64,000 nt of DNA from positions 62,001 to 126,000 of the forward strand of contig NMRA01000035.1 of assembly GCA_002633005.1 (NCBI GenBank), read 5' to 3'. Positions 55,801 through 64,000 of this stretch are shown here, piece by piece. The position numbers and the translations under genes were made by a program. Origin of the DNA: Phoronis australis (lineage: Eukaryota; Animalia; Phoronida). Numbering within the stretch: the stretch's first letter is position 1; the number at the start of each line of letters is the position of its first letter. The notes beneath the pieces are model-generated. The model was not told where the DNA came from, made no database searches, and saw only the letters and a program-made list of their open reading frames with translations.

Positions 55801-58800
55801 AGTCAGGCCAGACTGAAATGAACAGATCACAAGGTAAGGACAGCATGGTAGCCATGTGAGGGGGCGTCAGACCAGACTGATATGAACAGATCACATGGTA
55901 AGGACAGCATGGTGACCGTGTGAAAGAGGGTCAGGCCAAATTCAAATGGACAGATCACATCGTAATGACAGCACGGTGGCCATGTGAAGGGGGGGTTCAG
56001 GCCAGATTGAAGAGGACAGACGGCAATAACAGCATGGACCTAAGTGAAGGAGGGTTAGGCAGAAAGAAATGGACAGATCAAATGGTAATGACAGCATCTC
56101 ATAAAAACTGGTTTCCTCTGAATATGTGTTTCCAAACATTTTATACAATTCACTGAAAGTGTATTGAAAGTTAACACATTGAGATGCCATGTTATTCTAA
56201 ACTGGACAAACATGTTTACTTCAAAGGGTGAAACAACCTATTTCAAATACTTCTGAACATAGCTCGATCAAACTGATTTCAAACCATTCAGGGTCGCCCA
56301 ACCAATCCAAAATTCCTCCTAAGAAGTCGAAACGATTAGCGGTCAAATACAACATAGACAAATCTAAGGAAATTAATTAGGAAGAAGTTTTGAGGCATCA
56401 CGGACAAAAAAACCCCTGAGTATTGGTAGAATTTGCTTAAATAAGTGGGCAGGTGGTCCGATGTCTTTTGTTGAGCATCAGACGTGCGCAGGGCTCATCA
56501 TTGGACACACTGCATAAAACACCCGAGCTAAAACTCATTACAGCCCTGATACCCATCAACAGATTCTTCCTGAAGGAAGTTTTAAAGTCCACCTGTTTCC
56601 GTTCAGATTTTCCCTTTTGCTGCCATGAACTATATAATGTAGGCATGTGCCACCCAGGAGAATACTCCTTAGACTTACCTCAGTGGTGGCTTCAATGGCA
56701 GCACCATACTTGAGCAACAGCTCCACCACCTTGATACGGTTCTTCTTGCAGGCAATGTGCAGCGGTGTGAAGCCATTGAGAGCACGGGCGTTCACCTCAC
56801 ACTTCCTGTCAAGCAGCAGCTTGGCCGTGTTAACGTTACCACAGTGGGCAGCTACATGAAGGGCCGTCAAGTAGTCCTGTAATGAATAGTCATTAGTTGT
56901 CTACTGTTGACCAGGTGACTGATGACATCTCATCGGGACATTCAAAAGTTAGCCGTGCAGATTCATGACTCATTATGGGATTCAGCTCACAGTCTCATTT
57001 AGGTTTATTGCCCTCGTGTGTGGGTAGAATGTTCTGAGCTTTAAACAGAAGTAAACGGTCAAAACTTTGGCAAACATGGGTCACTTTAACTCATAAAGCA
57101 TCATTGTTGATGTTTCAAGCAGCAGTTAAGGTTTTAAATTAAAGTAAATTGCATTAAATTTTAAAAAATGGTTTCCATAGGCACATAACATGCAGAACTT
57201 ATCACTGCCTGAAATCAATGTTACGTAATGACAAGTCCCTCTCTCACCAGTTGGGAAAGGTGCCTGTGCCATCTGAGGGGAATTGGTTCAGGTGAGGGCA
57301 AAATACCCCCACGATCGCCACCAATTCAAGGCACCGCGCAGGTTAAAGCGATTCCAAATCTGAGGGGAATTTTTTAATCGATGGAATTTTAAAATATTTT
57401 CAGAGATAACTCAGTGACAAAGTCTAGGTATCGAAGGCCCTGAAGAAGTCTGCAAACGCATACCATCCAGCTCAGAACCTGGATGACATGACAATACGCA
57501 GTTGTACTGCTTTACACGGTAATACTTTGTTATATGCTTTTATACTATGCTGGTACATGGTGATTTAGGCGTAGTTTTGAAAAGATCATCTGCTGTCGGT
57601 GGAAATGGGGATAGTTTCAATGCGTTTTTTTCCCCTTCTTTTAACTGTTTGAAATGTTGTCAATTGTCGCCAAGTTCTACCTTCACAACATCAGATATTT
57701 TTGATAATACATTGTCAATTTCACACAAATAAAAACGAGCTTATCGAAAACTGCTGCTGAGCCTTGTACAAGAGAGTAGCATCCTGGCCCTGCTTACCAC
57801 TGTGACATCATCTACCGGAGCTTTGTAGTGTAACAGGAGGCGGGCGCAGTCCTCATGGTCGCCTTGAGCCGCCATGTGCAGAGGGGTCAGTCCGTTACGA
57901 GTCTTAGCCGAGTGGTTGGCTCTACGCTCCAACAACAGATCTACCACCTCGCTGTGACCACTGCGGGCACCGCAGTGCAGGGGTGTCAGTCCGTCCTGAC
58001 GGGGGCGAGAAAGAGAAAGAACGTGACACGTGTGAAATGTATCATAATACAATTACGGTGCATTTCAAGGTTGCAATAAAAATTTCAAAGTTGAAGCAAA
58101 GTGGACATGTTTCCAAGATTTTAGGCAAGATCTTGATTTTACATTCTCAGCACTAAACTGAACAAAGTGTATTAATTTGCACTTGGAACATTAATAACGA
58201 ACAAAATGCTTGTCCAACAATCTCAATCACCTATACCCAATAAATATTTGCTTGTAGTTCCACACTCGCTGTGCCTAACCCTTTACTGGAAATAAATAGC
58301 TTTAAAACCTAGTGGCTAGTAAAAACGGGTCCCAATTTGATGATCCACAAGAATTTCATCAAGTGAGTGCCTGTCGACTGTATGGCAGAACCCTAAAGGA
58401 ACCAGATATGTTACAGTGTAACTAGGTTAGGAACTTGTTCTAATTGAGAGTAAGCATACATTTTATAGTAATTCAGGCAAGAATACATACCCTGGTACGT
58501 ATGTCAATGTCAGCTCCCCTATCCAACAAAAGGACAACCATGTTCTGGCGCCCCCATTTGCAGGATACGTGAAGTGGAGTGATATTGTTCTGAAAGAAAA
58601 TTCCAAGTTCCATCACCATGCAAAGCATTTTGATATAACCACAAATAATCAACACCAATGCCAAAAAAAAAAACATTTAAAAAGTTTAATGTACACCAGG
58701 GTACAGTAGACTAACTGAAACAAAAAGACAATACTTGTAAATGCTTTTAATATGAGGAAATGAAATAAAACAGTTGAAATGTCTTACTCGGGCCTTAAAA

Positions 58801-61800
58801 CTGATATCTGCTCCTTGATCCAGTAGGAGGGTCGCCACATTGACGTTTCCATAGTGAGCTGCTATGTGTAACGGAGTGAAACCGCTCTGCAAAACACACC
58901 AAAGTGAATCATCATGAGTTATCAACAGGTAAGACCAAAGTCACAAGAAACTAAATGAGGGATTGGAAAATTCACATTTGGAAATCAATGCCAGAGTATA
59001 CAAATTCACAACAATATTAAAAAAGCAAAATGTCATATTAAACAACTGTAGCCCTGCATTGATTTTCAAATTTTATCAGCAACGTGTCCAAAGCTGTTCG
59101 CAGAGTAACTAAAAGAAAAAGCTTGTGAGACCTTTTTTAACAATTAGTTTTAAAAACAAGTTAATTCTAACATGGAGCAAATGACATGAACAGCAGGTTA
59201 AAAAGATACATTTGATCAGAATTTTGAAAGTAACAGGAATAGGAATGAAATCAGCATCACGCAAAAGAATTTTAATTTTATTTTTACGTCAAAATAACCA
59301 TACACAAGGATAATACATTACACAGTCAAAAGGTGACAGGCTGCAGGATAGAGTAAACATCAGGTACAGACGATAAACAGAAGTTGGGATGAGACAGTGA
59401 TAGGTAGAAATGTGTAGGAAGGTAGGGTAGAATTCTCATAGGGAAATAGCATGCTTAAAATTTGCTGTGAAAGGCAACTGATGCACTCCATCTTCAAGCG
59501 AAGTCAGTTGTTCTGGTCTGTTCCACAGTTCACATTCAGCAAGCCTGCACTGGGTTCGTGGAAAGTTAAGTTTCATTGATATCTAAACATTTGGGTAGAA
59601 AACAGCAAATTCACGTTCTCTTCTATTACAACAAGAATGAAGGGTGACGGACATTTGATTTCTAGACAAATTGTAACATTATACGACATTTAACGAGACA
59701 ACTAATGTCTAAAGGCTTACTGGAGTTCCCTGAAATAGACAAGATGAAGGATTTGATGAAAATTACTTTCTACAACTACAGACTCCTTTCTTCTTCTGAA
59801 TTTGTTTGTGCCATGAATATACGGTAAAATAAATATTATGCACCAAATTGCAGGCTTCTAAAAATCTATAATTTGAGCAAAAATAAAGGATTCTATAAAA
59901 TCTTAAATAATATAAAATAAAATCAGTGGCTGGACAGTTGCAGTCATGGCTATAGAGTCCTTCAAAGTGTACAGTAAAAATTCTCTAATTTGGGACAGCG
60001 AGAAAAATTAAGTATTTTGATAAAAGTCGGAACTCTTCTCAAATTCTACAAAATAAACAGTATTGGCCGTCCAAAATTCAAAAGTCACAGGAAAGGCAGC
60101 AAGATTACGCACTCTGTACATTGAAAACACGTTCTACGAATCTTGAGATATATGGTGAACACCAAAACCACCCTTATCCCACATTCCAGAATCAAGAAAA
60201 TTCAATTTTTGCACGACCTTCTATGTCCCCAATTCTAGATTATGTCCCAAATTGGAGAATTTCTACCGTATTATTCTTAATGGTAAAATATTGCTTAAGC
60301 AACACAATTTTTTTCTGAAAAACATAAACATCGCCATATGAAAATGCTGAAGATGGCAGGAAGCTGAAAATGCCACAAGCAAAATAGCAGTATAAGTTCA
60401 TGAAATCAATAAAAGGCCTATAATTAATTAATGCGGATATGAGCCATCATGTTGCTATTGGCTAAAATTTAAGTTAGTTAAGGAAGGAGGTTGACGAAAT
60501 GTAATAAGCCACTGTGATCAATCAGAACAAATTGAACATTAAAGAGAGGCATTTTGCTATAAAAATTTTCAATGCATTTCGAAGCATCTTATTGACAGAA
60601 TTACATATTTTGAAGGAAGAGGGATGCAGTTTGACTGCCAATATTCGCAAGACATGTCAGAGAATGGGTGGTAGCTATTATCCATGTTCGCTGTAAATCA
60701 TTTTCTGCTAGTAGCTGGATTGATTACAAATAAAGGCTGTGGTTATGAGAACTTTCACAACACGGTAAATTATTCAACTTAACATGTACCAGGAAAGAGG
60801 TCCATGGCTTGTGCTGCAGTGTTTTCCACAACGTGTTTTGGCTCGTCACAGTGTCGAGTTTGAATTTTGCTACGACGAGCTTGGCTTACTTGCGTATGAA
60901 AACCTATGCCACCAGTTCGAAGTATTGGGAGATCGGTCAATTCTTAAGCTAATTGGGACATTTTGTATTTTTGGTACAAGTTCAATGCATGTATTCCTCA
61001 TGGTATGAACTTGGACTTTCGAATACGTACATCAATTTTGCAACACCAGTCAAGTATGAATTGCCTGTTGTGGAGAGCACTGTGTTGTACAGTCGTTATC
61101 AAGCAACTTAAAAGTACGCATCTGTAGAAATACAGCAAGCCTTTGAAATGCAATATACAGTCGGCCAATTAATGAATCAATACTGTAATGCGAGAAACAG
61201 GTTTGTTTTCAGGAATAATATTAAACTAGACTTTTTTAAACATGATGAAGACAATTTCACGCCAATGAAAACACATCCCAATGAAAGGGAGATTATTTGT
61301 CTGGACAATCCTGACTCAAATTATGATGTATGCACGTTTTAATCGTAAAGAATCTAACTCAAGACAGGACGGGCTTCTTTTCGTAGGAGATTGTTACTGG
61401 GTCCATTTTAATGAGGATAAGCTTGTTGAACAGTAAATCAAACAAGGTGGCATTGCAGGCAAATGGGCTGGAAGCGTTAGTTTTCACCACTGGGGATGGT
61501 TGCAGGGCAAGGAACCACATTCAGAAAGAGCACTAAGACCTTCGCACTGGGCATGCAGTCATATCAACATATGACACGTTTTAAAGTGGAGCAGGTTTGA
61601 TGGCAAGCCTTGCTTTTTTGTTTTTTCATTAATCAAAAATATCTCAAGTTCTGAAACAGGAGCAACGCACCCACAACTGCATTACAAACGGTATGCTTCT
61701 TCGGGTGTTTATTAGAATCATAGAAATCAGCATTAGATGGCGCAGAATGTGTCAAACTCTTCCAAAGACGAGAAAACATTATAGTTTCCCTAAAAGAAAC

Positions 61801-62487
61801 CTATTTGCCAAATTTCCAGAAAATCCATCAAGGAACCTAAGATACAGAGGCAAACGTAAAAAATAAAACTGCCACTAGGAGGCATAGCGGTTGTTGGAAT
61901 GGTCCGAAACTCCTAGTTATCTGCTGTAAGTTTCATAGGAACAAATCTGCTGAATCTTATTAAGATCCAGCAAGGAGTTCAGATCAGCAGTGAAAGCTGG
62001 ATGACCTGACAGAGATGAAGGCAATGTGCACCCACATACATATATGTGGGTGAATATAAACTAAAGTTCACACTTCAACAAGCGTACTATGTCCCGGCTG
62101 GAGCCAACAAACAATATTTTTGGGTGCTGAACTGTTTTAAATTTGCTTTATCTAAGTTTCAAATAGCAGAGTTTGGGACCCCTGAAAGTCTGCACATTCC
62201 CGACTGCTCAATCTCGTCAAAATATAACTTGAACATGCCCAGTGTTAAGACCTCTGTGTCTGCACTGTAAATACCTTGGAGTTGATTAGTAGTAATTACA
62301 AATCATTCGATAGTTTCAAGCCAGGTTGGAACAAAGCGGCACACACAGTACGGCAAATGTAACATAAATAACAAATGGAAAGGAAATGTGTGAACACGGT
62401 GCTAACAAAACGGAACCCATATAAACATAATGCTAGATAACAGTGAGGACAAACCTTGGTAGTATCATTCACCAAACTGACTCCACT
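1747..62487 (-). CDS. Ank2: Canonical (giant) ankyrin gene, multi-exon and partial: the 5' exons for ANK repeats 1-6 and the 3' end lie outside the window
   Basis: Ordered minus-strand exons encode TPLH-type ANK repeats, ZU5 ([21 protein letters not shown]; [19 protein letters not shown]), UPA and a death domain. All junctions are GT-AG and phase-compatible. The symbol denotes the family (ANK1/2/3, Ank2, unc-44), not tested orthology. Confidence 0.97.
4004..8038 (-). CDS. Ank2: Giant post-death-domain exon (4,035 nt, 1,345 aa), acidic and probably disordered, with 97-aa repeats and six LPDG-hairpin motifs
   Basis: Lies within the 1364-aa ORF. Acceptor tcttcag follows a long pyrimidine tract; donor CCA G|GTGAGA; phase 1-1. 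Confidence 0.9.
6187..7563 (-). repeat. Coding tandem repeat: four 291-nt (97-aa) units plus one shorter 213-nt unit
   Basis: Antisense shadow ORFs start at 6477, 6768 and 7059 (291-nt period). Unit: [57 protein letters not shown]...[10 protein letters not shown]. Confidence 0.95.
9873..10076 (-). CDS. Ank2: Ankyrin tail exon ([29 protein letters not shown]...AEAPYVE)
   Basis: 204 nt, ttgtag / GTGTGT, phase 1-1, acidic composition like the neighbouring exons. Confidence 0.8.
12212..12304 (-). CDS. Ank2: Ankyrin tail cassette exon ([31 protein letters not shown])
   Basis: 93 nt, ctgtcag / GTAGAG, phase 1-1. Shares VKTHYET with the end of the giant exon. Confidence 0.72.
14144..14206 (-). CDS. 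Ank2: Ankyrin tail exon ([21 protein letters not shown])
   Basis: 63 nt, ctttcag / GTAGAT, phase 1-1. The TPPPSP motif is typical of invertebrate ankyrin tails. Confidence 0.82.
14728..15336 (-). CDS. Ank2: Full tail exon B, acidic E/Q-rich ([16 protein letters not shown]...[10 protein letters not shown])
   Basis: 609 nt, cttttag / GTACAT, phase 1-1; overlaps ORF 14672-15256. Confidence 0.88.
15499..16065. repeat. Older diverged ~290-bp tandem duplication inside the third triplication unit
   Basis: agtcaatactgca..gaaactttcatggcaaaaac..attcagtagatgttagt..ctaggcctcta occurs twice, from about 15500 and 15791. Confidence 0.75.
16570..16690 (+). mobile_element. Degenerate tRNA-derived SINE-like fragment
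   Basis: A-box-like gtggcctgtttgttaag, B-box-like ggttaaagtccc, then core-like cccttgagccagg. Absent from the other two duplication units. Confidence 0.35.
17069..17275 (-). CDS. Ank2: Tail exon A, copy 3
   Basis: 207 nt, same splice sites, open frame. Confidence 0.8.
17878..18015 (-). CDS. Ank2: Truncated copy of tail exon B, copy 2
   Basis: 138 nt, ttgtag / GTATGC, phase 1-1, open frame. Confidence 0.55.
19954..20160 (-). CDS. Ank2: Tail exon A, copy 2
   Basis: 207 nt, same splice sites as copy 1, open frame (ORF 19949-20137). Confidence 0.8.
20778..20915 (-). CDS. Ank2: Truncated copy of tail exon B, copy 1 ([45 protein letters not shown])
   Basis: 138 nt, ttgtag acceptor, junction-derived GTATGC donor, phase 1-1, open frame. 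Confidence 0.55.
22415..22621 (-). CDS. Ank2: Tail exon A, copy 1 ([68 protein letters not shown])
   Basis: 207 nt, cttaaag / GTTAGC, phase 1-1, open frame. Confidence 0.8.
23784..23865 (-). CDS. Ank2: Ankyrin tail exon ([27 protein letters not shown])
   Basis: 82 nt, atgcag / GTAAGT, phase 0 to 1. Confidence 0.85.
24351..24533. repeat. 42-bp minisatellite, about 4.3 copies
   Basis: gaaataaatggcacaattataaattacttatatcggtattat at 24351, 24393, 24435, 24477 and 24519. Confidence 0.93.
26148..26183 (-). CDS. Candidate 36-nt microexon ([12 protein letters not shown])
   Basis: ttaccag / CAG|GTATGG, phase 0-0. Confidence 0.4.
27020..27052 (-). CDS. Candidate 33-nt microexon ([11 protein letters not shown])
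   Basis: cttgtttccttttttgcatgtgtag / CAG|GTGAGA, phase 0-0, inside a phase-0 intron. Confidence 0.5.
28057..28125. mobile_element. 69-bp miniature inverted-repeat element
   Basis: Perfect 13-bp TIR catgggcggcgca / tgcgccgcccatg, internal palindrome gggggctatagccccc, GC-rich island in an AT-rich intron; flanks tcaaa / tcaat. Confidence 0.6.
28495..28592 (-). CDS. Ank2: Ankyrin post-death-domain exon ([33 protein letters not shown])
   Basis: 98 nt, ctttag / GTATTT, phase 1 to 0. The [10 protein letters not shown]-type motif is seen in invertebrate ankyrins. Confidence 0.9.
28979..29110 (-). CDS. Ank2: Ankyrin death domain exon 2 ([44 protein letters not shown])
   Basis: 132 nt, gcacag / GTAGGT, phase 1-1. 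Confidence 0.94.
29453..29662 (-). CDS. Ank2: Ankyrin death domain exon 1 (…[25 protein letters not shown]…[16 protein letters not shown])
   Basis: 210 nt, ttttag / GTTTGC, phase 1-1, with death-domain W residues. Confidence 0.93.
29792..29861 (-). CDS. Ank2: Ankyrin UPA-death domain linker exon ([23 protein letters not shown])
   Basis: 70 nt, tttcag / GTGAGT. Phase 0 to 1 bridges the flanking exons. Confidence 0.88.
30136..30387 (-). CDS. Ank2: Ankyrin UPA exon ([25 protein letters not shown]...[14 protein letters not shown])
   Basis: 252 nt, ttacag / GTCAGT, phase 0-0. Confidence 0.95.
30961..31189 (-). CDS. Ank2: Ankyrin UPA exon ([22 protein letters not shown]...EVARSRDVE)
   Basis: 229 nt, ttgcag / GTATGG, phase 2 to 0. 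Confidence 0.96.
31806..31902 (-). CDS. Ank2: Ankyrin ZU5-B exon ([33 protein letters not shown])
   Basis: 97 nt, ttgcag / GTAAAA, phase 1 to 2; hand-translated. Confidence 0.95.
32078..32235. mobile_element. 158-bp MITE, Tc1/mariner-pogo (Tigger-like) type
   Basis: 23-bp TIRs ccataaactcgcgggttaacgcc / ggcgttaacccgcgagtttacgg (1 mismatch), flanked by TA on both sides. Confidence 0.8.
34225..34429 (-). CDS. Ank2: Ankyrin ZU5-B exon ([37 protein letters not shown]...LRLLCSIT)
   Basis: 205 nt, ttgcag / GTAAGT, phase 0 to 1. Confidence 0.96.
34706..34917 (-). CDS. Ank2: Ankyrin ZU5-A/B exon ([30 protein letters not shown]...KNIKVGLQ)
   Basis: 212 nt, ttctcaag acceptor (AAG, so the exact boundary is less certain), GTATTG donor, phase 1 to 0. 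Confidence 0.92.
36630..36784 (-). CDS. Ank2: Ankyrin ZU5-A exon ([33 protein letters not shown]...DSFE)
   Basis: 155 nt, ttttag / GTGAGC, phase 2 to 1. Confidence 0.95.
37092..37316 (-). CDS. Ank2: Ankyrin ZU5-A exon ([21 protein letters not shown]...[13 protein letters not shown])
   Basis: 225 nt, ttgtag / GTGAGT, phase 2-2. Contains the DARGG spectrin-binding motif. Confidence 0.96.
39614..39631 (-). CDS. Ank2: 18-nt microexon (G)KLKWK(S) immediately before ZU5
   Basis: tcttgtccag|CAAACTGAAGTGGAAAAG|gtaacc, phase 2-2, with a strong polypyrimidine tract. Confidence 0.8.
41068..41252 (-). CDS. Ank2: Ankyrin linker exon ([21 protein letters not shown]...[16 protein letters not shown])
   Basis: 185 nt, ttatag / GTAAGG, phase 0 to 2. 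Ends in the conserved pre-ZU5 motif DNV....PV.SG. Confidence 0.92.
41991..44726 (-). CDS. Ank2: Large (2,736 nt, 912 aa) linker exon of ankyrin with 13 copies of a ~49-aa GPDG-hairpin repeat
   Basis: Lies within the 933-aa ORF 41922-44723. Acceptor gttgtcgtag|GGC ATG, donor CAT CAA|GTAGGT. Phase 0-0 matches the flanking exons. Confidence 0.85.
42081..43979 (-). repeat. Coding tandem repeat: 13 units of ~47-50 aa, consensus [49 protein letters not shown]
   Basis: Manual alignment of the ORF translation. Units 4-13 fall into three subtypes repeating A-B-C. Confidence 0.9.
45207..45290 (-). CDS. Ank2: Ankyrin linker cassette exon ([28 protein letters not shown])
   Basis: 84 nt, gtttag / GTAACA, phase 0-0. 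Confidence 0.7.
46031..46122 (-). CDS. Ank2: Ankyrin linker exon ([31 protein letters not shown])
   Basis: 92 nt, ttacag / GTATGT, phase 1 to 0. Resembles the ankyrin linker motif EDT.GD..YL...D....DDS. Confidence 0.85.
47612..47900. repeat. 144-bp intronic tandem duplication (2 copies)
   Basis: aataaaacaa.ggaaattcagtttta...aaactaaagtcg at 47617 and 47761, near identical. Confidence 0.9.
48338..48366. repeat. (GA)n microsatellite
   Basis: Imperfect AG dinucleotide run. Confidence 0.8.
48396..48491 (-). CDS. Ank2: Ankyrin linker cassette exon ([32 protein letters not shown])
   Basis: 96 nt, ttctcag / GTAAGT, symmetric phase 1-1, open frame. Confidence 0.7.
50044..50224 (-). CDS. Ank2: Ankyrin exon, ANK repeat 24 plus linker start ([26 protein letters not shown]...[23 protein letters not shown])
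   Basis: 181 nt, ttgtag / GTACAC, phase 0 to 1. Carries the conserved LGYISV and PExMxExxxxSDxEG motifs. Confidence 0.94.
50175..50397. repeat. 87-bp tandem repeat (about 2.5 copies) spanning the acceptor and 5' part of the ANK-24 exon
   Basis: gtgtctggccgttctacaacataggaacagattagacatggtgttccac recurs at an 87-nt spacing. Confidence 0.9.
51028..51126 (-). CDS. Ank2: Ankyrin exon, ANK repeat 23 ([33 protein letters not shown])
   Basis: 99 nt, ttacag / GTAAGT; hand-translated. Confidence 0.95.
51894..51992 (-). CDS. Ank2: Ankyrin exon, ANK repeat 22 ([33 protein letters not shown])
   Basis: 99 nt, ttgcag / GTGAGC; hand-translated. Confidence 0.95.
52668..52766 (-). CDS. Ank2: Ankyrin exon, ANK repeat 21 ([33 protein letters not shown])
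   Basis: 99 nt, ttgcag / GTCAGT. Confidence 0.95.
53529..53627 (-). CDS. Ank2: Ankyrin exon, ANK repeat 20 ([33 protein letters not shown])
   Basis: 99 nt, ttgcag / GTGAGT. Confidence 0.95.
54205..54303 (-). CDS. Ank2: Ankyrin exon, ANK repeat 19 ([33 protein letters not shown])
   Basis: 99 nt, cttcag / GTAATG. Not in the ORF track; translated by hand. Confidence 0.95.
54514..54711 (-). CDS. Ank2: Ankyrin exon, ANK repeats 17-18 ([14 protein letters not shown]...SPHCTAK)
   Basis: 198 nt, ttacag / GTAAGA, phase 0. Confidence 0.96.
55137..55334 (-). CDS. Ank2: Ankyrin exon, ANK repeats 15-16 ([14 protein letters not shown]...SLNLTTK)
   Basis: 198 nt, ctctag / GTGAGT, phase 0. Confidence 0.96.
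55615..55812 (-). CDS. Ank2: Ankyrin exon, ANK repeats 13-14 ([14 protein letters not shown]...TVDAKAR)
   Basis: 198 nt, tttcag / GTAGGT, phase 0. Confidence 0.96.
55783..56097. repeat. ~64-bp degenerating tandem repeat (about 5 copies) spanning the acceptor of the ANK 13-14 exon
   Basis: gtcaggccagactgaaatgaacagatcacaaggtaaggacagcatgg and diverging copies. Confidence 0.85.
56679..56876 (-). CDS. Ank2: Ankyrin exon, ANK repeats 11-12 ([14 protein letters not shown]...AIEATTE)
   Basis: 198 nt, tacag / GTAAGT, phase 0. Confidence 0.96.
57798..57995 (-). CDS. Ank2: Ankyrin exon, ANK repeats 9-10 ([14 protein letters not shown]...APVDDVTV)
   Basis: 198 nt, gtcag / GTAAGC, phase 0. Confidence 0.96.
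58491..58589 (-). CDS. Ank2: Ankyrin exon, ANK repeat 8 ([33 protein letters not shown])
   Basis: 99 nt, tttcag / GTATGT, phase 0. Confidence 0.96.
58788..58886 (-). CDS. Ank2: Ankyrin exon, ANK repeat 7 ([33 protein letters not shown])
   Basis: 99 nt, ttgcag acceptor, GTAAGA donor, phase 0. Confidence 0.96.
61730..62060 (+). mobile_element. Fragment related to the 641-1636 repeat family
   Basis: Shares agaaacctattt, gatacagaggc, gccactagg motifs and a terminal 10-bp perfect hairpin cacccacata-cata-tatgtgggtg (62029-62052). Confidence 0.38.
62455..62487 (-). CDS. Ank2: Ankyrin 33-nt microexon [11 protein letters not shown] between ANK repeats 6 and 7
   Basis: cccttgcag|AGT...AAG|gtttgt, phase 0-0. 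Position and sequence resemble the vertebrate ANK2 alternative insert MMVNRTTE before SGFTPLH. Confidence 0.7.
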
Positions 62488-64000
62488 CTGCAAGGGATGG
62501 CGGACGGACAGTGTTATAACAAGCAGCTACTAGTACTGGTGAGCAGTGACACCAATTAACTACACTTGTACACAATGCCAATTCTGTGTTATTGAATATA
62601 GGGTCAACGCTGTTAGTATATGAGTTCTGTAGTCCACAAGTCCCGAGCTCTATAATTTAGACCCACAAAATTAGCGTAATGAATGCCATTTATTTGTCCC
62701 CAGGCTCTGATCATTCAGTCCAAAAAGCTCAAACCCCACATGACCTTCGGAGCACATGACCTCGGAGCCTGAGCACAGGACCTCGCATTCATTGAACAAT
62801 CAATAAACGTGAAACGTTAATTGCGTGTTCCTTGGGACTGTGAAAGCCTAAAATACACTGCACAACCTATGCGCACTAACACTACAATATGTAGCATAGG
62901 CAAACGTCAAAGAAAGCCCTGTTGGCCAAAATAAACATTCAGTCCTCACCAGGCTTTTAGACTACAGGTGAGCTAAGCAACCCCAGTGCCCCCTGTTGAC
63001 ACCGTCTTGTAAACAAACGGTGTAGTGCCTCCAATATTCTGGTTAATTTCTGCTGGTACAGGCAGTTAATAGTTATTTCGGGGGGTTGAACATGCACAGA
63101 ATTAACGTGGCACAAGCTCAACCACTTTGACCCATGTGGGTAATGCTATAAGCGCTCGCCAGTATTGTTTTGGGACGTAACCTCCTCAACGAGTTAATGC
63201 ATTAGTGTTAAGTGTAATATGCGACTTCTATTTAAAAAAGTTATACAGGAGCTATCGGAAAAAACGTACTTCGTGATTTTAATCAAAATAACAAGAATTG
63301 GCATCAACAACCGCATTAAGATAAACATGATTTTATGCCGGAATGTTGCAAAATTCTCAAGGTCCTACGTCAAAATGAATTTTTGTTTGGAAATGTTCAG
63401 TTGCATCTCATGTGCAAATGGTCGTCACTCTGCTTTTGGTAGATGACGAGAGTATGAGCATTGATGCTGCAAGTATATCAGGTATATTAAATGTGCACGG
63501 CATTCTTAACATAGTGGGAAACCACTAGTGACATCTAGGGAGCACACCACCACCATGAACGTACATGAACACAGTTAACAGACAGTGCGTCGTCATGGTC
63601 TCACAAGTGCACTGTGCAGACATCACGCTCGACTACAGGAAGAGAACCCGGCAGTTTAAGTTAATTATGAAACCAATAACCGAAATTGGAAACTAACATG
63701 AAAGAGTAAGCCAGGAAGTTGTACTGGAAAATTAGATCAAATGTAAGTGTCAAACTTCAGGTTGGCTACCTCTAAGTTGACCCAGTGAACAACTAGGAAA
63801 TTCAGTTCGTTTGCACACTTAATCAGGTAAACTGGACTGCAGAACACTGTTTGGTAACACCAGATTTTTAGGCATAGTGGTGGTGGTGATAAAACAAAAT
63901 GCCCTCTATACAGGGGTGTCTGAACTACTGGCAGTTTGAATAACAGAGTGTTGATGTTTCTACAAGGATCAATTGATATAAAAGTTTTTGGGGAATTTAT

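Noticed and set aside
62950-62961. Possible 12-nt microexon SKSL (cctgtag / GTGAGG)
   Set aside because: Weak pyrimidine tract and no homology support; such short AG...GT pairs arise by chance.
58887-64000. Short ORFs in the 5'-most intron
   Set aside because: No recognisable domains or coding-like composition. No further ANK-repeat exon was found; the upstream exons lie beyond the window.

Overview
This is eukaryotic, intron-rich, AT-rich genomic DNA from an invertebrate bilaterian (a lophotrochozoan is plausible, by inference only). Almost the whole window is one canonical ankyrin gene (ANK1/2/3, Drosophila Ank2, unc-44 family) on the minus strand, truncated at both window edges. I traced about 45 phase-compatible GT-AG exons (about 13.1 kb coding if all are included). 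In order they encode ANK repeats 7-24, the linker, ZU5-ZU5-UPA, the death domain and a long acidic tail. Unusual features: (1) a 2,736-nt exon between the ANK repeats and ZU5 that encodes 13 copies of an unrecognised ~49-aa GPDG-hairpin repeat with A-B-C higher-order periodicity; (2) a 4,035-nt post-death-domain giant exon with near-identical 97-aa repeats and six obscurin-binding-like motifs; (3) an intragenic ~2.5-2.9 kb tandem triplication whose junction appears to create a new in-frame exon; (4) tandem duplications across splice acceptors that create poison acceptors; (5) several microexons. Introns carry a few MITE-, SINE- and Helentron-like repeats. Most short ORFs in the ORF track are noise or antisense shadows. 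All exon calls are from manual reading, with no transcript evidence.
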